DNA of 62,717 bases from Minisyncoccota bacterium (GCA_041657405.1 JBBABX010000003.1:1-62717); one strand, 5' to 3'. Counted from the first letter of the stretch, positions 51,749-60,894 are shown. Translations and numbers: made by a program. Notes: generated by a model from the sequence alone, not told the origin.

Positions 51749-52372
51749 TTAGCTGTTTTTTACAAATGATAATAAAGAAGGATCGACCGTTAAGGTTAAC
51801 TTAAAAATAACATTACCACTACTGTCTAAATCAAAATTAGAAAAAGAGAAAGCTGTAATTTTACGATCTTCGCCAGTCTTTGCCACTTCTGAAGTAAAAA
51901 TTTTTGATTGATAAGCAACATCCTCATAACCTAAAGCGGCCCCACTAATTTCTATAACATTTTTGTTGAACTTAAAGTCATTAAATTTAACATTGTGAGC
52001 TGTTGCCAAACTCAGCTGCTCAAACAATGGCCGAAGCGTTTGATGGTTGGTCAAAATGGTAGAACCATTTTTTAATTTTGTATCCAAACGCTTTAATCGC
52101 GCCAAACTTTCATATTGGAAATCTCTTTTCTCACGTTCTAGAGACTCGCGCAAACCACAACTTTGAGTGCTCTCACCGCCGGTCGGACAAGGACGATTAA
52201 TTAGATTATAAACATAAAAACGATAACCAAAAATACTGGCAAAATAAACTAACGCAATCACAAAAATGATAACCGAAATCATTATAACCAAACTCAAAGG
52301 TTCACGACGTTCACGTAAATTAGAACTAATTGATTGCTTGGGTATAAATGAAGGTGATAATTTGTTATTCAT
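51749..52372 (-). CDS. PilN-like pilus assembly protein
   Basis: 207 aa with an N-terminal cytoplasmic peptide and one TM helix; directly downstream of pilM. Confidence 0.55.
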   Translation of the reverse strand: MNNKLSPSFIPKQSISSNLRERREPLSLVIMISVIIFVIALVYFASIFGYRFYVYNLINRPCPTGGESTQSCGLRESLEREKRDFQYESLARLKRLDTKLKNGSTILTNHQTLRPLFEQLSLATAHNVKFNDFKFNKNVIEISGAALGYEDVAYQSKIFTSEVAKTGEDRKITAFSFSNFDLDSSGNVIFKLTLTVDPSLLSFVKNS

Positions 52373-52395
52373 AATTTTTTAGATTTTATTTCGAC

Positions 52396-53535
52396 CTAAA
52401 GGTCCTCAAGTTTACGCAAGGCCAAGCCAATTGCGACAGCAAATTCTGGACCAGTTTCCTTTAATACATCGTTTAAAAAAACCGGCGTTTCAACTTTATC
52501 GAAAGGTGTCCCCATCATAATCGGTAAGCCTAATACTTCTCGCGCCACATCACTTATTCCTTTCATCATTGACCCACCACCGATCAAAACAACTTTATCA
52601 ATCGCTCGCTTATGTTTTTTTTGATATTGTAACATTATTTTGCCAGCTTCAGCAAAGATATATTCTACAGTTGGATTCACACTTTCTAAAAGTTCCCCAT
52701 TATCCACCTCGCCCAAAAGACCAAATTTTCGTTTAATTTCTTCCGCTTTAGCAAAAGGCACGGACAAAGATTTAGAAATAGCAATTGTAATATCTTGAGA
52801 ACCTTTGACAATTGTGTGCGAAACACGAACTAGACCATAATCAACAATGGCAATTTTAGAAGTGCCAGCGCCAATATCTAAAATAGCCGTAGCTGTTAGG
52901 TCATTGGGCATCACTGAACGAATAGAGCTAAAGGTTTCTATTTCAAAAATTCCCAAAGACAAGTTTAATTTTTGTAAAATATCTTGATAAAGCCTGATAA
53001 CATCTTTTTGGATAGAAGCAATTAAGACTCCAATTTTTTTCCCATAAGTTTTTTGTTTTTCGCCCGAAGATAATTCTTGGTCAGCTTCCCGTTCATCAAA
53101 AGAGCTTTGGGGCATTATCCGCCAATCAAGTTCAACTTCAGAAATCGGTAATGGCACATATTTACGGGCTTCAATCGGCACTATTTCCGCTAGTTTTTCT
53201 TCATCCATTTCTGGCATTTCCACATTAACTAGAAGACTATTACGAAGCGGAATAGCCATTGCACTAAGTTTAGCCGTTACATTCGCTTCACGGAAAAGAT
53301 CCTGTAAAAGTTCTATCATCTTTTCAGCTGGTAAGTTAGTCGCTTGTCCGACCGACAAACCAGAATAAGGGCCACAGGCTAAACCACCATAAGTTTCTAA
53401 AATGGCACGGCCTTTTTCTTTGCGTAATTGAACAACTTTGACTGAAGATGAACCGAAATCAATCGCCACGACACTTTTTTCTTTTGATCCAGTGCTTTCT
53501 TTAATTACCTTTAATAATTTGTCAAAAATTCCCAT
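52396..53535 (-). CDS. pilM: Type IV pilus assembly protein PilM (actin-like ATPase fold)
   Basis: 379 aa; AIDFGSSSVKVV, DIGAGTSKIAIV, LIGGGS. Confidence 0.88.
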   Translation of the reverse strand: MGIFDKLLKVIKESTGSKEKSVVAIDFGSSSVKVVQLRKEKGRAILETYGGLACGPYSGLSVGQATNLPAEKMIELLQDLFREANVTAKLSAMAIPLRNSLLVNVEMPEMDEEKLAEIVPIEARKYVPLPISEVELDWRIMPQSSFDEREADQELSSGEKQKTYGKKIGVLIASIQKDVIRLYQDILQKLNLSLGIFEIETFSSIRSVMPNDLTATAILDIGAGTSKIAIVDYGLVRVSHTIVKGSQDITIAISKSLSVPFAKAEEIKRKFGLLGEVDNGELLESVNPTVEYIFAEAGKIMLQYQKKHKRAIDKVVLIGGGSMMKGISDVAREVLGLPIMMGTPFDKVETPVFLNDVLKETGPEFAVAIGLALRKLEDL

Positions 53536-53592
53536 AAAAAGTTGAGATAAGTTATAATAATTATAGCACGACTAAAAGAACAAAGCTCTCGT

Positions 53593-54288
53593 ATGGTCAA
53601 GAATTATCCACACAATTACCCTTGTCAATTAATTAGTCCCGTCATTAAAAAAATTCTGTCTTTTATTTTTCCGCCACGTTGTGTGCGATGCGGTTTGGTT
53701 GGTTCTTTTTTATGCGACAATTGTTTACCTCAATTAACCAAAAGTGATGGGATAATTGAAGACGGAATTATTGCCGCCTTTGATTATCACGACCCAGCTG
53801 TCAAAAAAGCAATTCATTATTTGAAATATCGCCGTATTAAAGACTTGACTGCGACATTAGCAAATAAAATTTATGAGACTTTTTTGAACACTACTGGTGA
53901 TGAATTGATTTTTAATCGTGGCAACGGCAAAATTATAGTTGTTCCAGTTCCCCTTTACCGAAAACGAATGCGAGAACGCGGTTTTAACCAAGCTGAAGAG
54001 TTGGCTAATCTTTTTTGCATTTTAGACCCAGAAAATTTTGAAGTTAAAACTGATTTGATTTTTAAAATTAAAAACACCCCACCTCAAGCCCAACAGAAAA
54101 AACGCGTCACTAGATTAAAAAATTTAAAAAACGCTTTTGCAATCAGAAAACATCCTCAAATTGCTGGTAAAATTGTCGTGATTATTGATGATGTCGCTAC
54201 GACCGGATCCACGATTAATGAAATCAAGAAGATATTGTTAAAAAACGGTGTCCGCCGAATTTACGCTGTCGTTGTCGCTCACGGGTAA
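53593..54288 (+). CDS. comFC: ComF family protein (phosphoribosyltransferase-like, ComFC)
   Basis: 231 aa; N-terminal CxxC...CxxC and a C-terminal PRT motif VVIIDDVATTGST. Confidence 0.85.
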   Translation: MVKNYPHNYPCQLISPVIKKILSFIFPPRCVRCGLVGSFLCDNCLPQLTKSDGIIEDGIIAAFDYHDPAVKKAIHYLKYRRIKDLTATLANKIYETFLNTTGDELIFNRGNGKIIVVPVPLYRKRMRERGFNQAEELANLFCILDPENFEVKTDLIFKIKNTPPQAQQKKRVTRLKNLKNAFAIRKHPQIAGKIVVIIDDVATTGSTINEIKKILLKNGVRRIYAVVVAHG

Positions 54289-54363
54289 AAATAATAAGAA
54301 AAACAGTTATTTTAGTCTTTTCCCAAGATTTATAGCTTTTTTGGGCTTTTGAGGAATTTATAC

Positions 54364-54392
54364 TTGACTAAAAAAAAGTTATATGATATACT
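54364..54392 (+). promoter_or_regulatory. Sigma-70-like promoter of the 54444 gene
   Basis: TTGACT (54364..54369), a 17-nt spacer, then TATACT (54387..54392). The same hexamers and spacing occur at 61792..61820. Confidence 0.6.
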
Positions 54393-54443
54393 ATATAAAG
54401 ATAGTTTGATAGTTTGTTCTTTAAGATAAAGAAGGGGGCCAAA

Positions 54444-54932
54444 ATGGTCAAAACAATGTCTCAAATTAAAACTCTGGGAGAACAGGTCCGTATTCTTAAG
54501 AGCTATTTCCCTTGGTTGGAAACAGTGGAAAAACGCGAGACAAATCATCCCTTGCCGCTAGATGCGGATGGATGGTTTGCTATCCCCAGGTGGCAAAGCT
54601 TTGGAGCAAGTTATTCCGAAGCTGTCGAAAGAATTTTGGAATCCTTGGCAAGAGCCCAAAAATTCCAAAAGAAGTGCCAATTGACAGGACTACGGCCTCG
54701 TCAATTGGAGCAGATTGGTAATCACGACATTCTCGTGATCCCAGATACTTTCGGCCCAAAATCCCAACTTGGAATTTTTGAGGTTGGAGTAAAACTCCTA
54801 ACCCATCCCGGAAGATTATCCCACTTTGCCGATCCTTGGATTGAATGTTGGGGAGACCGGGTAGGAAGAAATATCCCCGTATTTTACCACCGGGATATTC
54901 TAAAGTTAAGGCTGAAGCTTGAAGAAACCTAA
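54444..54932 (+). CDS. Conserved hypothetical protein (GWFAIPxWQ family); low-GC paralog of the ORF at 61967
   Basis: An AAGAAGGGGG ribosome-binding site lies before the ATG at 54444. Shared blocks with the 61967 ORF: GEQVRILKSYFP / TEQCNILRQIFP, DGWFAIPRWQ..SYSEAVERIL / EGWFAIPKWQ..TYAEAVQKVL, HDILVIPDTFG / HDILVVAAQFG. Confidence 0.7.
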   Translation: MVKTMSQIKTLGEQVRILKSYFPWLETVEKRETNHPLPLDADGWFAIPRWQSFGASYSEAVERILESLARAQKFQKKCQLTGLRPRQLEQIGNHDILVIPDTFGPKSQLGIFEVGVKLLTHPGRLSHFADPWIECWGDRVGRNIPVFYHRDILKLRLKLEET

Positions 54933-55358
54933 CCCCCTCTAAGCCGGACTATCAAAAATAGCCCGGCTTTATTTTACAAAATTTTTGGCTTGCACTGGCC
55001 CGGCTATTTAAACGCTACAGACTTAAACATTCATTTTGGATAGACGATTTGACCGTGTCAGGCAACTGTTCAATAAAAAAATTTGGCCTCCGAATTAAAG
55101 ACTCCGTCTTTGAAGATAACTTTTTTACAATGCGGACAATTACCCACCGTCAATTGATCCTTGTTCATATATTTTGGTTTGGAAGGTTCTCAGTCGCCAA
55201 CCCGACAAGTGAAGGGCTGGCAACAGAGGACCTCGCTTGGACGGTTCGCATTTCCGTCATGAAGTCGGACCTCGGCCACAGATATCCTTGCTCATAATGT
55301 TAATTAATAAAGCCAATTAAAGATCCGGATCGACAATTCCGGACCGTTAACTATTTAG

Positions 55359-55802
55359 TTAGGTGTCCTCATGAGTATTTGGTAGAACTATTTTCTTTTT
55401 TCGCTTTTCTTCAAGTTTTTCCTCCTCATCGGAATAATCAACTGCGTCTTTGCCAGCAAAGAAAATATAAGGTATTTGCTTATCACCTCTTAACGTTTTG
55501 TTGATGTAATCGTCATTGAAGACTCTAATTTTTGATTTAAGATCATTCAGAGAGTCTGTTTCAGAAAGTGTTGCTGTGTCAGTTTTTATTTTGAATGAAC
55601 AGTTTTCTAATTTAGTATCTGTTTCTATATTATAAAAAATCTTCGATAGTGTAGTTTTGCCAGACCCGTTCCAACCAAAGAGTATGTTTACTGAGTCACA
55701 AAAAGGCTGGACTGTAGTGTCCCAGTTAAAATGCCTATACCGTGCGTGATTAAGTTTTTCAATTTTTTTGATCCTCACAATCTTTATTATCGCAAAAAAC
55801 AC
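55359..55802 (-). pseudogene. N-terminal fragment of an AAA_13-type ATPase (PrrC/RloC-like family)
   Basis: IKKIEKLNHARYRHFNWD...NILFGWNGSGKTTLSKIF is the typical N-terminus and P-loop of this family, whose members are several-fold longer. The ORF stops after 147 codons. Confidence 0.6.
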
Positions 55803-55972
55803 TACTTTTGACTAAGTAGTGTTTTTTGACTGAAACGTATAGTACTCGGGTCACTCCGATACTTAGTTTTCTTGGCGGTGGACATGGGTATGGTACCCAC
55901 AGCTCCAAGCGTTGTGAGGGTATTCTAGCATATTTCCGATTGTGAAAATAAGGTTTGTGGGTCTAGGTCTCC

Positions 55973-56110
55973 AAATGCCAACAAATGCCAATTTTTTTTG
56001 AATATTATGGGTTTGCAAATGCGACAAATGCGACACGCTAAAAAGGCTGGAATTTTGTTGTGAATGGGACAAATGGGACACAAAAAGTGGCTTTTGAGCT
56101 GTGTCCCATT
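55973..56110. repeat. Iteron-like array: seven AAATG-SSR-AC units arranged as three tandem doublets plus one inverted copy
   Basis: AAATGCCAAC-AAATGCCAAT (55973..55992), AAATGCGAC-AAATGCGAC (56017..56034), GAATGGGAC-AAATGGGAC (56062..56079), and inverted GTCCCATTT (56102..56110). Confidence 0.8.
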
Positions 56111-56194
56111 TACCCATAATTAGTCTTAATTATTGGTATTTTCTAACATTTAGTAACACCTTATCGGATTCGTTATAACCTACAAAATCAACAT

Positions 56195-57508
56195 TTATTT
56201 AATTATTCCAAGCATTATTAGTAGAAAAACAATTTGATATTCTTCAGAATCTTTTCCGAATAAATTAGCCATTAAATCTAGCATTTGATCTTGTGACAGA
56301 TTAGCATTGTTGGATTCAGTATTTGAATTATTATAATCATTATCACTATTCTTACTTTTCTCTATTTCTATAGCAGGAGAACTATCACCAGCAGCCTTAC
56401 CGCCAAATCTAAAGTAATAATAGCCTGGTTCTAAATTTACAGGCAAATTAACTTGCAAACTTTCTTGACCTAGATATGCAGTACCAAGATCTAATATTTC
56501 TGTTCCAATAGAAACATTAGTTGGACCATTCCTTAAATAGTCATTCGACGGTTTTCTGTCGTATTTATACAAATGAACATCGGTCCATTCTGCTTTTACA
56601 ATATTTTCCCATTTTAAAGTGTATCTTTGTCCTGCCTCTATTTTTTCAGGGGTTCTTTGTCCTTCTTTTGGATTAATAAATCTAATGTCTCCCCATTTTT
56701 CAAACATTTCACCAAAACTTTCTTCGTCAGACTCTTCGACTTCAATTTTAACTGTTTTTGTTAATTGAGAACCATAGTCATTTTTATATTTATTAGCGCA
56801 ATAAGAAGTGGTACTGAGGTCTGAGCAATATGCAGTAATTTCAATTTTATACTTTCCGTCTCTAGATACTGGATCAAATGTTAGAAACCATTCGCTTCCA
56901 TTGAAATAACCGTTTACTGAGTCAAAAGCTTGACTGCTATTACTTTCAGATATTCTAGCCTGGACATTAAATCCCTTGCTTCTATCAAGAATTACACCGT
57001 CTTTCTCCCAAGCTTTCAGGCTAATCTCAATTTTTTCTCCTGTGTAATAAGGGTCTTCCGTCTCAATATCAGTAATCTTATATTCAGTATCTTGTAATTC
57101 AACAATATTTTCATTTTCTGGATTTATAATACTAAATTCACCACTATATTCTACGTCTCCGTTTTCAAAAGTAAGTTTAACTTTATAATTACCAGTATTG
57201 TATGTCCCTATAAATTTTGGTAGCTCGTACCTTATTAAACCACTATAATTTATTGGGTCGCCATACACCTTTGGTCCATAAATGTAAGAACCATAGTTAT
57301 TATTTCCTGTAGACTGTATTTCAGCAGACTTAACACCCGAGGCTTTATATGTATCTGCATCACCTGGTCTCCATCTTATTTCAATCTCCTCACCTAGATA
57401 ATACCTATCTGCCTTTTGTGGACTAGATATATCCGCCGTATTAGCTGATACAAATAATGGACTAACAAATAGAATTGATAAAATTAAAAATAAATATTGT
57501 TTTTTCAT
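56195..57508 (-). CDS. Secreted/cell-surface protein with signal peptide and hydrophobic C-terminal tail, hypothetical
   Basis: 437 aa; MKKQYLFLILSILFVSPLFVSANT signal peptide, repeated beta-rich modules, an Asn/Ser-rich linker and a C-terminal FLLIMLGIIK. Confidence 0.7.
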   Translation of the reverse strand: MKKQYLFLILSILFVSPLFVSANTADISSPQKADRYYLGEEIEIRWRPGDADTYKASGVKSAEIQSTGNNNYGSYIYGPKVYGDPINYSGLIRYELPKFIGTYNTGNYKVKLTFENGDVEYSGEFSIINPENENIVELQDTEYKITDIETEDPYYTGEKIEISLKAWEKDGVILDRSKGFNVQARISESNSSQAFDSVNGYFNGSEWFLTFDPVSRDGKYKIEITAYCSDLSTTSYCANKYKNDYGSQLTKTVKIEVEESDEESFGEMFEKWGDIRFINPKEGQRTPEKIEAGQRYTLKWENIVKAEWTDVHLYKYDRKPSNDYLRNGPTNVSIGTEILDLGTAYLGQESLQVNLPVNLEPGYYYFRFGGKAAGDSSPAIEIEKSKNSDNDYNNSNTESNNANLSQDQMLDLMANLFGKDSEEYQIVFLLIMLGIIK

Positions 57509-57517
57509 ATGTTTTAA

Positions 57518-57546
57518 ATTTTACCCCCCCCATTCACAAAAGTAAA
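57518..57546 (-). promoter_or_regulatory. Promoter with a G8 tract in a 17-nt spacer (minus strand: TTTACT-N17-TAAAAT)
   Basis: Plus-strand ATTTTA 57518..57523, C8 57524..57531, AGTAAA 57541..57546. The ATG at 57508 is only 9 nt from the -10 box. Confidence 0.5.
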
Positions 57547-57581
57547 GCCAGTTTTATAGAAAAGTACGATTCGTCTTGCAG

Positions 57582-58763
57582 TTATTTCAACCAAGATCCA
57601 TTTGGGTAAATATTGTTATCAGACTGATATTTTTTAAGAGCACTTTCTGTGCAATTTCTAAAGTTCCCATTTAGTGGGCAATTATTTAAATTATCATTAT
57701 AGGGATAATATCCTCTATCATGTAAAAAATTCTGAAGGGCCAAAACATCTAATCCTTTATCTCCAAATGATAAATTTCTTTTCCATTTATAATTATCGAA
57801 ATCTTTAAATGTTTCATGATCTGATTCTGTGTCATTCAAATAATCCATAATCCCAAAATATGTTTGCTGTGCTAATTCTTTCAAAATAACATCTTTGACT
57901 TTCTGATCTGTGAATTGTGATTCATAAATGTATCCATATTCAATTAGTGCTGAAACTGAGTCAACGGTATTGTATGAACCAATAGCAATCAGTTCTTGAT
58001 CTTCTGTAATCATATTTTCTTTAGGCATATCACTGACGGCAAACATATTTGATAAGTGCCTTGCAACTTTTTCAGCAAAATCATGACTTGCTTCGGCATT
58101 TGAATATTGTTTTTCTGGAACATAAATAGAAAAACCACTATATTTACCGTAGGAACTAGTTCGTCCAGGGTAATCATTAAAATGGATATGGAGTGTTATA
58201 TCGAAATCGTTGTCATTAGCAAATTTATTAATACCATATAAGATATCTACCACTTCTGGTCTAGCAAAATTATGTTGGACAACAATATTACTTTTAACTT
58301 TTCCTTCTTCCATTAATTCTTTTATTATTTCTTTTTTTTCTTTTTGAAATTCTTCGATATTTTCTTTTTCGCTATCAAGATATTTTTGCAATTCTGGATT
58401 GTAGCCAGAGCCATCTCTAGACAATAAAATTTCAATTCCTTTTTCCTTCTCTAAAATATTTTTTAGTTCTTCTGCAACGATTAAATTTATTTCTGCTTCG
58501 GTTGTGTTATTGGCATATGCACCAAAGCTATCATTGTCATGACCAGGAACAATTAATATTTTAATTTTTTCATCATGTTTGCCAGATGAAGCACCATTGT
58601 ATTTTTCTACTATATCTTCTGTATAAACACTTGTCGTGAAGAAAACACTTGCTAGAAAATTTGATGTTCCATCTTTAAATATATCTACAGAAGAGAATGC
58701 CATGAAAAATAAAGCAGAAATTGAAAGAGCGAATGTGAGATACGGGTTTATTTTATAATTCAT
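57582..58763 (-). CDS. N-acetylmuramoyl-L-alanine amidase (Amidase_3) with a C-terminal peptidoglycan-binding domain
   Basis: 393 aa with a signal anchor; ILIVPGHDNDSFGA, LHIHFND, and C-terminal GDKGLDVLALQNFLHDRGYY (PG_binding_1-like). Confidence 0.8.
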   Translation of the reverse strand: MNYKINPYLTFALSISALFFMAFSSVDIFKDGTSNFLASVFFTTSVYTEDIVEKYNGASSGKHDEKIKILIVPGHDNDSFGAYANNTTEAEINLIVAEELKNILEKEKGIEILLSRDGSGYNPELQKYLDSEKENIEEFQKEKKEIIKELMEEGKVKSNIVVQHNFARPEVVDILYGINKFANDNDFDITLHIHFNDYPGRTSSYGKYSGFSIYVPEKQYSNAEASHDFAEKVARHLSNMFAVSDMPKENMITEDQELIAIGSYNTVDSVSALIEYGYIYESQFTDQKVKDVILKELAQQTYFGIMDYLNDTESDHETFKDFDNYKWKRNLSFGDKGLDVLALQNFLHDRGYYPYNDNLNNCPLNGNFRNCTESALKKYQSDNNIYPNGSWLK

Positions 58764-58777
58764 AATATTTTGAGTAA

Positions 58778-58807
58778 ATTTTACCCCCCCCCATTCACAA
58801 AAGTAAA
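58778..58807 (-). promoter_or_regulatory. Second copy of the same promoter, with a G9 tract in an 18-nt spacer
   Basis: Plus-strand ATTTTA 58778..58783, C9 58784..58792, AGTAAA 58802..58807. About 35 nt are identical to the 57518 copy apart from tract length. Confidence 0.5.
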
Positions 58808-58962
58808 GTAAAAATATGGCTAGTTACCAACTTCTTACCTACTCGGGACGCTCTAGACTCATCAAAGTGGTTGCGTCATTAATGTAGGTATGAAAATAAC
58901 AGCACCACAGGGCTTTGAAATAGCTCAGGAGAACATAGGAGTAACAAAGAGTAGGTATTTGC

Positions 58963-59743
58963 TTGTATGCTCGTAAGTCGAGCGAATCTGAGGAAAGACA
59001 GGTTCTTTCGATCGATTCACAGATCAAGGAAATGCTCCAGTTAGCAGAGCGTGAAGGACTTGAGATTGTATCAATGAAACGTGAATCCCACTCTGCCAAA
59101 GAAACAGGCTGTAGAACCGTATTCAATGAAATTATAGAAGAAATAAGAGAAGAAAAATATAATGCCATACTTACATGGGCACCTGATCGTATTTCAAGAA
59201 ATGCAGGAGATCTTGGAAAGATAGTAGATTTGATGGATGCAGGAAAACTTTTGCAAATCAGAACGTATGGACAAACATTTTCAAACAATCCAAATGAGAA
59301 ATTCCTTTTAATGATTCTTGGTTCACAAGCAAAACTAGAAAATGATAATCGAGGCATTAACGTGAAGCGAGGACTTCGAACAAGGGTTGAGTCAGGTCTC
59401 TGGCCCGGCATGGCACCTCTTGGATATTTGAATCAAAAAAGAATGGATAAGAAATGTCAGATAATAGTCGATCCAGATCGTGCTCATGTAATTAAACAAA
59501 TGTTTGAGAAAGTTGCATACGAAGGATGGAGTGGCAGAAAAGTATACAACTGGCTCAGGTTTGATTTAAATTTTTATACACGTGAAAATAAACCCCTGAC
59601 ACTGTCGGGGGTTTATCGTATTTTCAATATGACAATCTATTATGGTCCATTCGAGTATCCACGAAATTCAGGGCAGCGGTTACGATCAATAAAATATTTA
59701 TATTGTCTAAAAGTATGGGCATATTTTTATCCACATTTCGCTA
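58963..59743 (+). pseudogene. Second large serine recombinase paralog, truncated at both ends
   Basis: YARKSSESEERQVLSIDSQ and DRISRN are colinear with the 128..978 protein up to ...FEYPRNSGQ (about 59676). Homology then fades and the frame runs into the IS at 59744. An in-frame stop 18 nt upstream of the TTG leaves no normal N-terminus. Confidence 0.75.
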
Positions 59744-59807
59744 TGACAGGTACCCCAAATTTTGAACACTCTCTATACAAATTATTAATCTAAATTAGTA
59801 TAGAAAT

Positions 59808-60059
59808 ATGGGAAAATTCAAAATAGATCCAGAAGTTAAGGAACAAATTATTAGTCGAATTAAAAACGAAGGTATAACCGTAGTTCAGGCCTCAAAAGAT
59901 CATGGGATATCATCTCAAACTATCTATCGTTGGCTAGGAGTTGGCACTAATGCCCCAACATACTCTGAATTTGCAAAATTGAAGAAAGAAAACAAAGCTC
60001 TCCTAGAGCTAGTCGGTGAAATGACTCTCAAATTAAATGAAACCCAAAAAAAGAATTGA
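59808..60059 (+). CDS. IS3-family transposase OrfA (HTH)
   Basis: 83 aa; ITVVQASKDHGISSQTIYRWL helix-turn-helix and a leucine-zipper-like C-terminus. The slippery A-AAA-AAG is in frame at 60047..60053. Confidence 0.9.
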   Translation: MGKFKIDPEVKEQIISRIKNEGITVVQASKDHGISSQTIYRWLGVGTNAPTYSEFAKLKKENKALLELVGEMTLKLNETQKKN

Positions 60060-60865
60060 GGAATATGGAATCTTCAAACAAATCAATTCTCGCAAAAGAA
60101 TTGGGTGTTTCCAGAGGTTCGTTATACTACCAATCCAAACAAGAAGTTAAAGATTGGAAAACTAAAATCTTGATTGAAGAAGCTCTCAGAGACAATCCGT
60201 CATATGGACACAAACGATTAGCATTTCATCTGAAAATGAACAAAAAGAGAGTTCTCAGGGTGATGAAGATATATGGAATTAAACCATACAGAAGACATGG
60301 CAAGAAATACAAGAAAACCAAGAATATTAAGGTTATTTATCCAAATCTGTTGTTAACTGAATATCCAAAATATGAAAATCATATATGGGCTAGCGATTTC
60401 ACTTATCTAAAGATTGGAAAGAAGAATGTCTATGTTTGTACAGTTATGGATCTGTATACCAAGAAAATTATTGGATTATCAATTCTAACCAACCACACAG
60501 TTCAATTAACCGTTAATGCTTTAATGCAAGCCTTGAACAATCATGCCAGACCTGAAATCTTTCATTCAGATAATGGAAGAGAATATGAAGCTAAAGATTT
60601 CAGAAATATCTTGATTAATTTAGGTATAAAAATATCCAGATCAGCTCCAGGTTGTCCTTGGGAGAACGGTTATCAAGAATCATTCTACGATAAGTTCAAA
60701 ATTGAACTAGGTGATCCAAACAGATTCCATTCATTAGGAGAACTAACCTTTGAAATCTACCAGCAAATTCATTACTACAACCACAATCGAATTCACACGG
60801 CTCTGAAAATGTCGCCAAATCAGTTTGCTGAAATGAATAAATTAGCTACAATATTTAATGTATAA
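60056..60865 (+). CDS. IS3-family transposase OrfB (DDE integrase core), expressed as OrfAB by -1 frameshifting
   Basis: ASDFTYL (D), HSDNGREY (D), CPWENGYQESFY (E). The frame is -1 relative to orfA. Confidence 0.9.
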   Translation: MRNMESSNKSILAKELGVSRGSLYYQSKQEVKDWKTKILIEEALRDNPSYGHKRLAFHLKMNKKRVLRVMKIYGIKPYRRHGKKYKKTKNIKVIYPNLLLTEYPKYENHIWASDFTYLKIGKKNVYVCTVMDLYTKKIIGLSILTNHTVQLTVNALMQALNNHARPEIFHSDNGREYEAKDFRNILINLGIKISRSAPGCPWENGYQESFYDKFKIELGDPNRFHSLGELTFEIYQQIHYYNHNRIHTALKMSPNQFAEMNKLATIFNV

Positions 60866-60894
60866 AGAGTGTCTAAAGAAAGGGGTACCTTTCA

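Larger units (their letters stand above)
59744..60894 (+). mobile_element. Complete IS3-family insertion sequence (1151 bp)
   Basis: TG...CA termini. Imperfect inverted repeats TGACAGGTACCCCAAATTTTGAACACTCT / TGAAAGGTACCCCTTTCTTTAGACACTCT. orfA and orfB are in a -1 frame relationship. No obvious target-site duplication (cta vs cgg). Confidence 0.9.

Noticed and set aside
55863-56117. 84-aa ORF (MGKWDTAQKPLFVSHLSHS...)
   Set aside because: Its repetitive SHLSH peptide is the translation of the DNA-level iteron array. It has no start context, so the region was treated as non-coding repeats.
58839-59411. 190-aa minus-strand ORF
   Set aside because: It is antisense to the serine recombinase paralog, which has clear family motifs, and its composition is low-complexity. 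It was treated as a shadow ORF.
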